DNA of 64,000 nt from Eledone cirrhosa. Taxonomy: Eukaryota. Of this stretch, positions 11,298 through 25,379 are shown one piece after another. Location: assembly GCA_964016885.1 (NCBI GenBank), contig OZ024743.1:92814001-92878000 (forward strand), read 5' to 3'. Every line of letters starts with the position of its first letter. Positions within the stretch are counted from its first letter, which is position 1. The translations under genes were made by a program, and so were the position numbers. Under the pieces are notes generated by a model, which saw nothing but the letters and a program-made list of their open reading frames with translations, was not told the DNA's origin and did not search any database.

Positions 11298-11416
11298 GTT
11301 TACGGCCATATCACGCTGACAACACCGGTTCTCGTCCGATCACCGAAGTTAAACAACGTCGAGCCTAGTTAGTACTTGGATGGGTGACCGCCTGGGAACC
11401 CTAGGTGCCGTAAGCG
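11298..11416 (+). rRNA. RNA5S: 5S rRNA (G56A)
   Basis: Consensus + 1 SNP. Confidence 0.94.
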
Positions 11417-12172
11417 TTTAATTTTTTTTTTTTTTTTTTTTCATTAATATCTTTACAGAGCTATTTATTTTTTTTAGTTCGGTGACCGCTTAGGAAACCG
11501 AGCTGCTCTATACATTTCCATTTTTCTTTCTTTTAGTTTCTTTCTTTTGCAAGCTTCTCTCGCCAATGTATGTTAGTTTCAAAATAATTAGGCACGCAAA
11601 CTTTTTCCTTTCTTTCAACCCTACCCTTCGCATACACACCACTGCAAACGTCTTAAAAGCTACCGACTGCAAAATCAGAGTTTCTTGATAATTTCAGATA
11701 TTTCAAACTTTTATTCCGTTCGCCTTCCGAAGTAGTGAGCCTGCTATATACTCTAGAAAATATTTATTGAACAGAGATTTGGCTGCTTTTTCTAGCAGGT
11801 AAAATTAGCACATTTCTTTAGAGCCGTTCGAATCAAACATTATCCACATCTGTAATAATTAATTCGGAATGGGTATCGTAGCTAGTTATTTGGCCAAGTT
11901 ATATAAACAAAAAGACAACATAAGTTTTAAAGACAGCGATATCGACAGCTATGCGACACTCTCGTAGTTAATAACGTGTGTTAATTTAAAAGTTAGATGA
12001 GATTTATGTAAAATTTTATTAAGCAACCTAAATTGCTTGAAAATACTGTGTTATACGGTTGAAAGTAAGAAAAATGTTTAATAGAAAATTAAAATATAAA
12101 AATTATCGTAAAAGAAAGGTGTTTAGTGAGTTGTTTTATACAATAAAACTATTAAATTCAGCATAAGCTTTC

Positions 12173-12291
12173 GTTTACGGCCATATCACGCTGACAACAC
12201 CGGTTCTCGTCCGATCACCGAAGTTAAGCAACGTCGAGCCTAGTTAGTACTTGGATGGGAGACCGCCTGGGAACCATAGGTGCCGTAAGCG
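12173..12291 (+). rRNA. RNA5S: 5S rRNA (T88A, C104A)
   Basis: Consensus + 2 SNPs. Confidence 0.92.
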
Positions 12292-13043
12292 TTTAATTTT
12301 TTTTTTTTTTTTCATTAATATCTTTACAGAGCTATTTATTTTTTTTAGTTCGGTGACCGCTTAGGAAACCGAGCTGCTCTATACATTTCCATTTTTCTTT
12401 CTTTTAGTTTCTTTCTTTTGCAAGCTTCTCTCGCCAATGTCTGTTAGTTTGAAAATAATTAGGCACGCAAACTTTTTCCTTTCTTTCAACCCTACCCTTC
12501 GCATACACACCACTGCAAACGTCTTAAAAGCCACCGACTGCAAAAACAGAGTTTCTTGATAATTTCAGATATTTCAAACTTTTATTCCGTTCGCCTTCCG
12601 AAGTAGTGAGCCTGCTATATACTCTAGAAAATATTTATTGAACAGAGATTTGGCTGCTTTTTCTAGCAGGTAAAATTAGCACATTTCTTTAGAGCCGTTC
12701 GAATCGAACATTATCCACATCTGTAATAATTAATTCGGAATGGGTATCGTAGCTAGTTATTTGGCCAAGTTATATAAACAAAAAGACAACATAAGTTTTA
12801 AAGACAGCGATATCGACAGCTATGCGACACTCTCGTAGTCAATAACGTGTGTTAATTTAAAAGTTAGATGAGATTTATGTAAAATTTTATTAAGCAACCT
12901 AAATTGCTTGAAAATACTGTGTTATACGGTTGAAAGTAAGAAAAATGTTTAATAGAAAATTAAAATATAAAAATTATCGTAAAAGAAAGGTGTTTAGTGA
13001 GTTGTTTTATACAATAAAACTATTAAATTCAGCATAAGCGTTC

Positions 13044-13162
13044 ATTTACGGCCATATCACGCTGACAACACCGGTTCTCGTCCGATCACCGAAGTTAAGC
13101 AACGTCGAGCCTAGTTAGTACTTGGATGGGTGACCGCCTGGGAACCCTAGGTGCCGTAAGCG
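13044..13162 (+). rRNA. RNA5S: 5S rRNA (G1A)
   Basis: Consensus + 1 SNP. Confidence 0.95.
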
Positions 13163-13914
13163 TTTAATTTTTTTTTTTTTTTTCATTAATATCTTTACAG
13201 AGCTATTTATTTTTTTTAGTTCGGTGCCCGCCTAGGACACCGAGCTGCTGTATACATTTCCATTTTTCTTTCTTTTAGTTTCTTTCTTTTGCAACCTTCT
13301 CTCGCCAATGTATGTTAGTTTCAAAATAATTAGGCACGCAAACTTTTTCCTTTCTTTCAACCCTACCCTTCGCATACACACCACTGCAAACGTCTTAAAA
13401 GCTACCGACTGCAAAATCAGAGTTTCTTGATAATTTCAGATATTTCAAACTTTTATTCCGTTCGCCTTCCGAAGTAGTGAGCCTGCTATATACTCTAGAA
13501 AATATTTATTGAACAGAGATTTGGCTGCTTTTTCTAGCAGGTAAAATTAGCACATTTCTTTAGAGCCGTTCGAATCGAACATTATCCACATCTGTAATAA
13601 TTAATTCGGAATGGGTATCGTAGCTAGATATTTGGCCAAGTTATATAAACAAAAAGACAACATAAGTTTTAAAGACAGCAATATCGACAGCTATGCGACA
13701 CTCTCGTAGTTAATAACGTGTGTTAATTTAAAAGTTAGATGAGATTTATGTAAAATTTTATTAAGCAACCTAAATTGCTTGAAAATACTGTGTTATACGG
13801 TTGAAAGTAAGAAAAATGTTTAATAGAAAATTAAAATATAAAAATTATCGTAAAAGAAAGGTGTTTAGTGAGTTGTTTTATACAATAAAACTATTAAATT
13901 CAGCATAAGCTTTC

Positions 13915-14033
13915 ATTTACGGCCATATCACGCTGACAACACCGGTTCTCGTCCGATCACCGAAGTTAAGCAACGTCGAGCCTAGTTAGTACTTGGATGG
14001 GTGACCGCCTGGGAACCCTAGGTGCCGTAAGCG
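13915..14033 (+). rRNA. RNA5S: 5S rRNA (G1A)
   Basis: Consensus + 1 SNP. Confidence 0.95.
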
Positions 14034-14784
14034 TTTAATTTTTTTTTTTTTTACATTAATATCTTTACAGAGCTATTTATTTTTTTTAGTTCGGTGCCCG
14101 CCTAGGACACCGAGCTGCTGTATACATTTCCATTTTTCTTTCTTTTAGTTTCTTTCTTTTGCAAGCTTCTCTCGCCAATGTATGTTAGTTTCAAAATAAT
14201 TAGGCACGCAAACTTTTTCCTTTCTTTCAACCCTACCCTTCGCATACACACCACTGCAAACGTCTTAAAAGCTACCGACTGCAAAATCAGAGTTTCTTGA
14301 TAATTTCAGATATTTCAAACTTTTATTCCGTTCGCCTTCCGAAGTAGTGAGCCTGCTATATACTCTAGAAAATATTTATTGAACAGAGATTTGGCTGCTT
14401 TTTCTAGCAGGTAAAATTAGCACATTTCTTTAGAGCCGTTCGAATCGAACATTATCCACATCTGTAATAATTAATTCGGAATGGGTATCGTAGCTAGTTA
14501 TTTGGCCAAGTTATATAAACAAAAAGACAACATAAGTTTTAAAGACAGCAATATCGACAGCTATGCGACACTCTCGTAGTTAATAACGTGTGTTAATTTA
14601 AAAGTTAGATGAGATTTATGTAAAATTTTATTAAGCAACCTAAATTGCTTGAAAATACTGTGTTATACGGTTGAAAGTAAGAAAAATGTTTAATAGAAAA
14701 TTAAAATATAAAAATTATCGTAAAAGAAAGGTGTTTAGTGAGTTGTTTTATACAATAAAACTATTAAATTTAGCATAAGCTTTC

Positions 14785-14903
14785 GTTTACGGCCATATGA
14801 CGCTGACAACACCGGTTCTCGTCCGATCACCGAAGTTAAGCAACGTCGAGCCTAGTTAGTACTTGGATGGGTGACCGCCTGGGAACCCTAGGTGCCGTAA
14901 GCG
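14785..14903 (+). rRNA. RNA5S: 5S rRNA (C15G)
   Basis: Consensus + 1 SNP. Confidence 0.93.
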
Positions 14904-15654
14904 TTTAATTTTTTTTTTTTTTTCATTAATATCTTTACAGAGCTATTTATTTTTTTTAGTTCGGTGACCGCTTAGGAAACCGAGCTGCTGTATACATTTC
15001 CATTTTTCTTTCTTTTAGTTTCTTTCTTTTGCAAGCTTCTCTCGCCAATGTATGTTAGTTTCAAAATAATTAGGCACGCAAACTTTTTCCTTTCTTTCAA
15101 CCCTACCCTTCGCATACACACCACTGCAAACGTCTTAAAAGCTACCGACTGCAAAATCAGAGTTTCTTGATAATTTCAGATATTTCAAACTTTTATTCCG
15201 TTCGCCTTCCGAAGTAGTGAGCCTGCTATATACTCTAGAAAATATTTATTGAACAGAGATTTGGCTGCTTTTTCTAGCAGGTAAAATTAGCACATTTCTT
15301 TAGAGCCGTTCGAATCGAACATTATCCACATCTGTAATAATTAATTCGGAATGGGTATCGTAGCTAGTTATTTGGCCAAGTTATATAAACAAAAAGACAA
15401 CATAAGTTTTAAAGACAGCAATATCGACAGCTATGCGACACTCTCGTAGTTAATAACGTGTGTTAATTTAAAAGTTAGATGAGATTTATGTAAAATTTTA
15501 TTAAGCAACCTAAATTGCTTGAAAATACTGTGTTATACGGTTGAAAGTAAGAAAAATGTTTAATAGAAAATTAAAATATAAAAATTATCGTAAAAGAAAG
15601 GTGTTTAGTGAGTTGTTTTATACAATAAAACTAGTAAATTCAGCATAAGCTTTC

Positions 15655-15773
15655 GTTTACGGCCATATCACGCTGACAACACCGGTTCTCGTCCGATCAC
15701 CGAAGTTAAACAACGTCGAGCCTAGTTAGTACTTGGATGGGTGACCGCCTGGGAACCCTAGGTGCCGTAAGCG
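15655..15773 (+). rRNA. RNA5S: 5S rRNA (G56A)
   Basis: Consensus + 1 SNP. Confidence 0.94.
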
Positions 15774-16525
15774 TTTAATTTTTTTTTTTTTTTTTCATTA
15801 ATATCTTTACAGAGCTATTTATTTTTTTAGTTCGGTGACCGCTTAGGAAACCGAGCTGCTGTATACATTTCCATTTTTCTTTCTTTTAGTTTCTTTCTTT
15901 TGCAAGCTTCTCTCGCCAATGTCTGTTAGTTTGAAAATAATTAGGCACGCAAACTTTTTCCTTTCTTTCAACCCTACCCTTCGCATACACACCACTGCAA
16001 ACGTCTTAAAAGCTACCGACTGCAAAAACAGAGTTTCTTGATAATTTCAGATATTTCAAACTTTTATTCCGTTCGCCTTCCGAAGTAGTGAGCCTGCTAT
16101 ATACTCTAGAAAATATTTATTGAACAGAGATTTGGCTGCTTTTTCTAGCAGGTAAAATTAGCACATTTCTTTAGAGCCGTTCGAATCGAACATTATCCAC
16201 ATCTGTAATAATTAATTCGGAATGGGTATTGTAGCTAGTTATTTGGCCAAGTTATATAAACAAAAAGACAACATAAGTGTTAAAGACAGCGATATCGACA
16301 GCTATGCGACACTCTCGTAGTCAATAACGTGTGTTAATTTAAAAGTTAGATGAGATTTATGTAAAATTTTATTAAGCAACCTAAATTGCTTGAAAATACT
16401 GTGTTATACGGTTGAAAGTAAGAAAAATGTTTAATAGAAAATTAAAATATAAAAATTATCGTAAAAGAAAGGTGTTTAGTGAGTTGTTTTATACAATAAA
16501 ACTATTAAATTCAGCATAAGCTTTC

Positions 16526-16644
16526 ATTTACGGCCATATCACGCTGACAACACCGGTTCTCGTCCGATCACCGAAGTTAAGCAACGTCGAGCCTAGTTAG
16601 TACTTGGATGGGTGACCGCCTGGGAACCCTAGGTGCCGTAAGCG
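16526..16644 (+). rRNA. RNA5S: 5S rRNA (G1A)
   Basis: Consensus + 1 SNP. Confidence 0.95.
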
Positions 16645-17403
16645 TTTAATTTTTTTTTTTTTTTTTTTTTTTCATTAATATCTTTACAGAGCTATTTATT
16701 TTTTTTAGTTCGGTGACCGCTTAGGAAACCGAGCTGCTCTATACATTTCCATTTTTCTTTCTTTTAGTTTCTTTCTTTTGCAAGCTTCTCTCGCCAATGT
16801 ATGTTAGTTTCAAAATAATTAGGCACGCAAACTTTTTCCTTTCTTTCAACCCTACCCTTCGCATACACACCACTGCAAACGTCTTAAAAGCTACCGACTG
16901 CAAAATCAGAGTTTCTTGATAATTTCAGATATTTCAAACTTTTATTCCGTTCGCCTTCCGAAGTAGTGAGCCTGCTATATACTCTAGAAAATATTTATTG
17001 AACAGAGATTTGGCTGCTTTTTCTAGCAGGTAAAATTAGCACATTTCTTTAGAGCCGTTCGAATCAAACATTATCCACATCTGTAATAATTAATTCGGAA
17101 TGGGTATCGTAGCTAGTTATTTGGCCAAGTTATATAAACAAAAAGACAACATAAGTTTTAAAGACAGCGATATCGACAGCTATGCGACACTCTCGTAGTT
17201 AATAACGTGTGTTAATTTAAAAGTTAGATGAGATTTATGTAAAATTTTATTAAGCAACCTAAATTGCTTGAAAATACTGTGTTATACGGTTGAAAGTAAG
17301 AAAAATGTTTAATAGAAAATTAAAATATAAAAATTATCGTAAAAGAAAGGTGTTTAGTGAGTTGTTTTATACAATAAAACTATTAAATTCAGCATAAGCT
17401 TTC

Positions 17404-17522
17404 GTTTACGGCCATATCACGCTGACAACACCGGTTCTCGTCCGATCACCGAAGTTAAGCAACGTCGAGCCTAGTTAGTACTTGGATGGGTGACCGCCTG
17501 GGAACCCTAGGTGCCGTAAGCG
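17404..17522 (+). rRNA. RNA5S: 5S rRNA
   Basis: Array consensus. Confidence 0.97.
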
Positions 17523-18274
17523 TTTAATTTTTTTTTTTTTTTTCATTAATATCTTTACAGAGCTATTTATTTTTTTTAGTTCGGTGACCGCTTAGGAAAC
17601 CGAGCTGCTCTATACATTTCCATTTTTCTTTCTTTTAGTTTCTTTCTTTTGCAAGCTTCTCTCGCCAATGTCTGTTAGTTTCAAAATAATTAGGCACGCA
17701 AACTTTTTACTTTCTTTCAACCCTACCCTTCGCATACACACCACTGCAAACGTCTTAAAAGCCACCGACTGCAAAAACAGAGTTTCTTGATAATTTCAGA
17801 TATTTCAAACTTTTATTCCGTTCGCCTTCCGAAGTAGTGAGCCTGCTATATACTCTAGAAAATATTTATTGAACAGAGATTTGGCTGGTTTTTCTAGCAG
17901 GTGAAATTAGCACATTTCTTTAGAGCCGTTCGAATCGAACATTATCCACATCTGTAATAATTAATTCGGAATGGGTATCGTAGCTAGTTATTTGGCCAAG
18001 TTATATAAACAAAAAGACAACATAAGTTTTAAAGACAGCAATATCGACAGCTATGCGACACTCTCGTAGTTAATAACGTGTGTTAATTTAAAAGTTAGAT
18101 GAGATTTATGTAAAATTTTATTAAGCAACCTAAATTGCTTGAAAATACTGTGTTATACGGTTGAAAGTAAGAAAAATGTTTAATAGAAAATTAAAATATA
18201 AAAATTATCGTAAAAGAAAGGTGTTTAGTGAGTTGTTTTATACAATAAAACTATTAAATTCAGCATAAGCTTTC

Positions 18275-18393
18275 GTTTACGGCCATATCACGCTGACAAC
18301 ACCGGTTCTCGTCCGATCACCGAAGTTAAGCAACGTCGAGCCTAGTTAGTACTTGGATGGGTGACCGCCTGGAAACCCTAGGTGCCGTAAGCG
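18275..18393 (+). rRNA. RNA5S: 5S rRNA (G99A)
   Basis: Consensus + 1 SNP. Confidence 0.94.
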
Positions 18394-19151
18394 TTTAATT
18401 TTTTTTTTTTTTTTTTTTTTCATTAATATCTTTACAGAGCTATTTATTTTTTTTAGTTCGGTGACCGCTTAGGAAACCGAGCTGCTCTATACATTTCCAT
18501 TTTTCTTTCTTTTAGTTTCTTTCTTTTGCAAGCTTCTCTCGCCAATGTATGTTAGTTTCAAAATAATTAGGCACGCAAACTTTTTCCTTTCTTTCAACCC
18601 TACCCTTCGCATACACACCACTGCAAACGTCTTAAAAGCTACCGACTGCAAAATCAGAGTTTCTTGATAATTTCAGATATTTCAAACTTTTATTCCGTTC
18701 GCCTTCCGAAGTAGTGAGCCTGCTATATACTCTAGAAAATATTTATTGAACAGAGATTTGGCTGCTTTTTCTAGCAGGTAAAATTAGCACATTTCTTTAG
18801 AGCCGTTCGAATCAAACATTATCCACATCTGTAATAATTAATTCGGAATGGGTATCGTAGCTACTTATTTGGCCAAGTTATATAAACAAAAAGACAACAT
18901 AAGTTTTAAAGACAGCGATATCGACAGCTATGCGACACTCTCGTAGTTAATAACGTGTGTTAATTTAAAAGTTAGATGAGATTTATGTAAAATTTTATTA
19001 AGCAACCTAAATTGCTTGAAAATACTGTGTTATACGGTTGAAAGTAAGAAAAATGTTTAATAGAAAATTAAAATATAAAAATTATCGTAAAAGAAAGGTG
19101 TTTAGTGAGTTGTTTTATACAATAAAACTATTAAATTCAGCATAAGCTTTC

Positions 19152-19270
19152 GTTTACGGCCATATCACGCTGACAACACCGGTTCTCGTCCGATCACCGA
19201 AGTTAAGCAACGTCGAGCCTAGTTAGTACTTGGATGGGTGACCGCCTGGGAACCCTAGGTGCCGTAAGCG
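19152..19270 (+). rRNA. RNA5S: 5S rRNA
   Basis: Array consensus. Confidence 0.97.
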
Positions 19271-20022
19271 TTTAATTTTTTTTTTTTTTTTCATTAATAT
19301 CTTTACAGAGCTATTTATTTTTTTTAGTTCGGTGACCGCTTAGGAAACCGAGCTGCTCTATACATTTCCATTTTTCTTTCTTTTAGTTTCTTTCTTTTGC
19401 AAGCTTCTCTCGCCAATGTCTGTTAGTTTCAAAATAATTAGGCACGCAAACTTTTTACTTTCTTTCAACCCTACCCTTCGCATACACACCACTGCAAACG
19501 TCTTAAAAGCCACCGACTGCAAAAACAGAGTTTCTTGATAATTTCAGATATTTCAAACTTTTATTCCGTTCGCCTTCCGAAGTAGTGAGCCTGCTATATA
19601 CTCTAGAAAATATTTATTGAACAGAGATTTGGCTGGTTTTTCTAGCAGGTGAAATTAGCACATTTCTTTAGAGCCGTTCGAATCGAACATTATCCACATC
19701 TGTAATAATTAATTCGGAATGGGTATCGTAGCTAGTTATTTGGCCAAGTTATATAAACAAAAAGACAACATAAGTTTTAAAGACAGCAATATCGACAGCT
19801 ATGCGACACTCTCGTAGTTAATAACGTGTGTTAATTTAAAAGTTAGATGAGATTTATGTAAAATTTTATTAAGCAACCTAAATTGCTTGAAAATACTGTG
19901 TTATACGGTTGAAAGTAAGAAAAATGTTTAATAGAAAATTAAAATATAAAAATTATCGTAAAAGAAAGGTGTTTAGTGAGTTGTTTTATACAATAAAACT
20001 ATTAAATTCAGCATAAGCTTTC

Positions 20023-20141
20023 GTTTACGGCCATATCACGCTGACAACACCGGTTCTCGTCCGATCACCGAAGTTAAGCAACGTCGAGCCTAGGTAGTAC
20101 TTGAATGGGTGACCGCCTGGGAACCCTAGGTGCCGTAAGCG
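20023..20141 (+). rRNA. RNA5S: 5S rRNA (T72G, G82A)
   Basis: Consensus + 2 SNPs; G82A is uncompensated in box C/helix IV. Confidence 0.9.
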
Positions 20142-20896
20142 TTTAATTTTTTTTTTTTTTTTTTTCATTAATATCTTTACAGAGCTATTTATTTTTTTTA
20201 GTTCGGTGACCGCTTAGGAAACCGAGCTGCTCTATACATTTCCATTTTTCTTTCTTTTAGTTTCTTTCTTTTGCAAGCTTCTCTCGCCAATGTCTGTTAG
20301 TTTCAAAATAATTAGGCACGCAAACTTTTTACTTTCTTTCAACCCTACCCTTCGCATACACACCACTGCAAACGTCTTTAAAGCCACCGACTGCAAAAAC
20401 AGAGTTTCTTGATAATTTCAGATATTTCAAACTTTTATTCCGTTCGCCTTCCGAAGTAGTGAGCCTGCTATATACTCTAGAAAATATTTATTGAACAGAG
20501 ATTTGGCTGGTTTTTCTAGCAGGTGAAATTAGCACATTTCTTTAGAGCCGTTCGAATCGAACATTATCCACATCTGTAATAATTAATTCGGAATGGGTAT
20601 CGTAGCTAGTTATTTGGCCAAGTTATATAAACAAAAAGACAACATAAGTTTTAAAGACAGCGATATCGACAGCTATGCGACACTCTCGTAGTTAATAACG
20701 TGTGTTAATTTAAAAGTTAGATGAGATTTATGTAAAATTTTATTAAGCAATCTAAATTGCTTGAAAATACTGTGTTATACGGTTGAAAGTAAGAAAAATG
20801 TTTAATAGAAAATTAAAATATAAAAATTATCGTAAAAGAAAGGTGTTTAGTGAGTTGTTTTATACAATAATACTATTAAATTCAGCATAAGCTTTC

Positions 20897-21015
20897 GTTT
20901 ACGGCCATATCACGCTGACAACACCGGTTCTCGTCCGATCACCGAAGTTAAGCAACGTCGAGCCTAGGTAGTACTTGGATGGGTGACCGCCTGGGAACCC
21001 TAGGTGCCGTAAGCG
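20897..21015 (+). rRNA. RNA5S: 5S rRNA (T72G)
   Basis: Consensus + 1 SNP. Confidence 0.95.
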
Positions 21016-21767
21016 TTTAATTTTTTTTTTTTTTTTCATTAATATCTTTACAGAGCTATTTATTTTTTTTAGTTCGGTGACCGCTTAGGAAACCGAGCTG
21101 CTCTATACATTTCCATTTTTCTTTCTTTTAGTTTCTTTCTTTTGCAAGCTTCTCTCGCCAATGTCTGTTAGTTTCAAAATAATTAGGCACGCAAACTTTT
21201 TCCTTTCTTTCAACCCTACCCTTCGCATACACACCACTGCAAACGTCTTAAAAGCTACCGATTGCAAAAACAGAGTTTCTTGATAATTTCAGATATTTCA
21301 AACTTTTATTCCGTTCGCCTTCCGAAGTAGTGAGCCTGCTATATACTCTAGAAAATATTTATTGAACAGAGATTTGGCTGCTTTTTCTAGCAGGTAAAAT
21401 TAGCACATTTCTTTAGAGCCGTTCGAATCGAACATTATCCACATCTGTAATAATTAATTCGGAATGGGTATCGTAGCTAGTTATTTGGCCAAGTTATATA
21501 AACAAAAAGACAACATAAGTTTTAAAGACAGCAATATCGACAGCTATGCAACACTCTCGTAGTTAATAACGTGTGTTAATTTAAAAGTTAGATGAGATTT
21601 ATGTAAAATTTTATTAAGCAACCTAAATTGCTTGAAAATACTGTGTTATACGGTTGAAAGTAAGAAAAATGTTTAATAGAAAATTAAAATATAAAAAATA
21701 TCGTAAAAGAAAGGTGTTTAGTGAGTTGTTTTATACAATAAAACTATTAAATTCAGCATAAGCTTTC

Positions 21768-21886
21768 GTTTACGGCCATATCACGCTGACAACACCGGTT
21801 CTCGTCCGATCACCGAAGTTAAGCAACGTCGAGCCTAGTTAGTACTTGGATGGGTGACCGCCTGGGAACCCTAGGTGCCGTAAGCG
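21768..21886 (+). rRNA. RNA5S: 5S rRNA
   Basis: Array consensus. Confidence 0.97.
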
Positions 21887-22639
21887 TTTAATTTTTTTTT
21901 TTTTTTTTTCATTAATATCTTTACAGAGCTATTTATTTTTTTAGTTCGGTGACCGCTTAGGAAACCGAGCTGCTGTATACATTTCCATTTTTCTTTCTTT
22001 TAGTTTCTTTCTTTTGCAAGCTTCTCTCGCCAATGTCTGTTAGTTTCAAAATAATTAGGCACGCAAACTTTTTCCTCTCTTTCAACCCTACCCTTCGCAT
22101 ACACACCACTGCAAACGTCTTAAAAGCTACCGACTGCAAAAACAGAGTTTCTTGATAATTTCAGATATTTCAAACTTTTATTCCGTTCGCCTTCCGAAGT
22201 AGTGAGCCTGCTATATACTCTAGAAAATATTTATTGAACAGAGATTTGGCTGCTTTTTCTAGCAGGTAAAATTAGCACATTTCTTTAGAGCCGTTCGAAT
22301 CGAACATTATCCACATCTGTAATAATTAATTCGGAATGGGTATCGTAGCTAGTTATTTGGCCAAGTTATATAAACAAAAAGACAACATAAGTTTTAAAGA
22401 CAGCAATATCGACAGCTATGCAACACTCTCGTAGTTAATAACGTGTGTTAATTTAAAAGTTAGATGAGATTTATGTAAAATTTTATTAAGCAACCTAAAT
22501 TGCTTGAAAATACTGTGTTATACGGTTGAAAGTAAGAAAAATGTTTAATAGAAAATTAAAATATAAAAAATATCGTAAAAGAAAGGTGTTTAGTGAGTTG
22601 TTTTATACAATAAAACTATTAAATTCAGCATAAGCTTTC

Positions 22640-22758
22640 GTTTACGGCCATATCACGCTGACAACACCGGTTCTCGTCCGATCACCGAAGTTAAGCAACG
22701 TCGAGCCTAGTTAGTACTTGGATGGGTGACCGCCTGGGAACCCTAGGTGCCGTAAGCG
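22640..22758 (+). rRNA. RNA5S: 5S rRNA
   Basis: Array consensus. Confidence 0.97.
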
Positions 22759-23511
22759 TTTAATTTTTTTTTTTTTTTTTTCATTAATATCTTTACAGAG
22801 CTATTTATTTTTTTAGTTCGGTGACCGCTTAGGAAACCGAGCTGCTGTATACATTTCCATTTTTCTTTCTTTTAGTTTCTTTCTTTTGCAAGCTTCTCTC
22901 GCCAATGTCTGTTAGTTTCAAAATAATTAGGCACGCAAACTTTTTCCTCTCTTTCAACCCTACCCTTCGCATACACACCACTGCAAACGTCTTAAAAGCT
23001 ACCGACTGCAAAAACAGAGTTTCTTGATAATTTCAGATATTTCAAACTTTTATTCCGTTCGCCTTCCGAAGTAGTGAGCCTGCTATATACTCTAGAAAAT
23101 ATTTATTGAACAGAGATTTGGCTGCTTTTTCTAGCAGGTAAAATTAGCACATTTCTTTAGAGCCGTTCGAATCGAACATTATCCACATCTGTAATAATTA
23201 ATTCGGAATGGGTATCGTAGCTAGTTATTTGGCTAAGTTATATAAACAAAAAGACAACATAAGTTTTAAAGACAGCAATATCGAGAGCTATGCGACACTC
23301 TCGTAGTTAATAACGTGTGTTAATTTAAAAGTTAGATGAGATTTATGTAAAATTTTATTAAGCAACCTAAATTGCTTGAAAATACTGTGTTATACGGTTG
23401 AAAGTAAGAAAAATGTTTAATAGAAAATTAAAATATAAAAATTATCGTAAAAGAAAGGTGTTTAGTGAGTTGTTTTATACAATAAAACTATTAAATTCAG
23501 CATAAGCTTTC

Positions 23512-23630
23512 GTTTACGGCCATATCACGCTGACAACACCGGTTCTCGTCCGATCACCGAAGTTAAGCAACGTCGAGCCTAGTTAGTACTTGGATGGGTG
23601 ACCGCCTGGGAACCCTAGGTGCCGTAAGCG
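23512..23630 (+). rRNA. RNA5S: 5S rRNA
   Basis: Array consensus. Confidence 0.97.
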
Positions 23631-24388
23631 TTTAATTTTTTTTTTTTTTTTTTTTTTTCATTAATATCTTTACAGAGCTATTTATTTTTTTAGTTCGGTG
23701 ACCGCTTAGGAAACCGAGCTGCTGTATACATTTCCATTTTTCTTTCTTTTAGTTTCTTTCTTTTGCAAGCTTCTCTCGCCAATGTCTGTTAGTTTCAAAA
23801 TAATTAGGCACGCAAACTTTTTCCTCTCTTTCAACCCTACCCTTCGCATACACACCACTGCAAACGTCTTAAAAGCTACCGACTGCAAAATCAGAGTTTC
23901 TTGATAATTTCAGATATTTCAAACTTTTATTCCGTTCGCCTTCCGAAGTAGTGAGCCTGCTATATACTCTAGAAAATATTTATTGAACAGAGATTTGGCT
24001 GCTTTTTCTAGCAGGTAAAATTAGCACATTTCTTTAGAGCCGTTCGAATCGAACATTATCCACATCTGTAATAATTAATTCGGAATGGGTATCGTAGCTA
24101 GTTATTTGGCCAAGTTATATAAACAAAAAGACAACATAAGTTTTAAAGACAGCAATATCGACAGCTATGCAACACTCTCGTAGTTAATAACGTGTGTTAA
24201 TTTAAAAGTTAGATGAGATTTATGTAAAATTTTATTAAGCAACCTAAATTGCTTGAAAATACTGTGTTATACGGTTGAAAGTAAGAAAAATGTTTAATAG
24301 AAAATTAAAATATAAAAAATATCGTAAAAGAAAGGTGTTTAGTGAGTTGTTTTATACAATAAAACTATTAAATTCAGCATAAGCTTTC

Positions 24389-24507
24389 GTTTACGGCCAT
24401 ATCACGCTGACAACACCGGTTCTCGTCCGATCACCGAAGTTAAGCAACGTCGAGCCTAGTTAGTACTTGGATGGGTGACCGCCTGGGAACCCTAGGTGCC
24501 GTAAGCG
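24389..24507 (+). rRNA. RNA5S: 5S rRNA
   Basis: Array consensus. Confidence 0.97.
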
Positions 24508-25260
24508 TTTAATTTTTTTTTTTTTTTTTTCATTAATATCTTTACAGAGCTATTTATTTTTTTAGTTCGGTGACCGCTTAGGAAACCGAGCTGCTGTATA
24601 CATTTCCATTTTTCTTTCTTTTAGTTTCTTTCTTTTGCAAGCTTCTCTCGCCAATGTCTGTTAGTTTCAAAATAATTAGGCACGCAAACTTTTTCCTCTC
24701 TTTCAACCCTACCCTTCGCATACACACCACTGCAAACGTCTTAAAAGCTACCGACTGCAAAAACAGAGTTTCTTGATAATTTCAGATATTTCAAACTTTT
24801 ATTCCGTTCGCCTTCCGAAGTAGTGAGCCTGCTATATACTCTAGAAAATATTTATTGAACAGAGATTTGGCTGCTTTTTCTAGCAGGTAAAATTAGCACA
24901 TTTCTTTAGAGCCGTTCGAATCGAACATTATCCACATCTGTAATAATTAATTCGGAATGGGTATCGTAGCTAGTTATTTGGCCAAGTTATATAAACAAAA
25001 AGACAACATAAGTTTTAAAGACAGCAATATCGACAGCTATGCAACACTCTCGTAGTTAATAACGTGTGTTAATTTAAAAGTTAGATGAGATTTATGTAAA
25101 ATTTTATTAAGCAACCTAAATTGCTTGAAAATACTGTGTTATACGGTTGAAAGTAAGAAAAATGTTTAATAGAAAATTAAAATATAAAAAATATCGTAAA
25201 AGAAAGGTGTTTAGTGAGTTGTTTTATACAATAAAACTATTAAATTCAGCATAAGCTTTC

Positions 25261-25379
25261 GTTTACGGCCATATCACGCTGACAACACCGGTTCTCGTCC
25301 GATCACCGAAGTTAAGCAACGTCGAGCCTAGTTAGTACTTGGATGGGTGACCGCCTGGGAACCCTAGGTGCCGTAAGCG
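25261..25379 (+). rRNA. RNA5S: 5S rRNA
   Basis: Array consensus. Confidence 0.97.
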
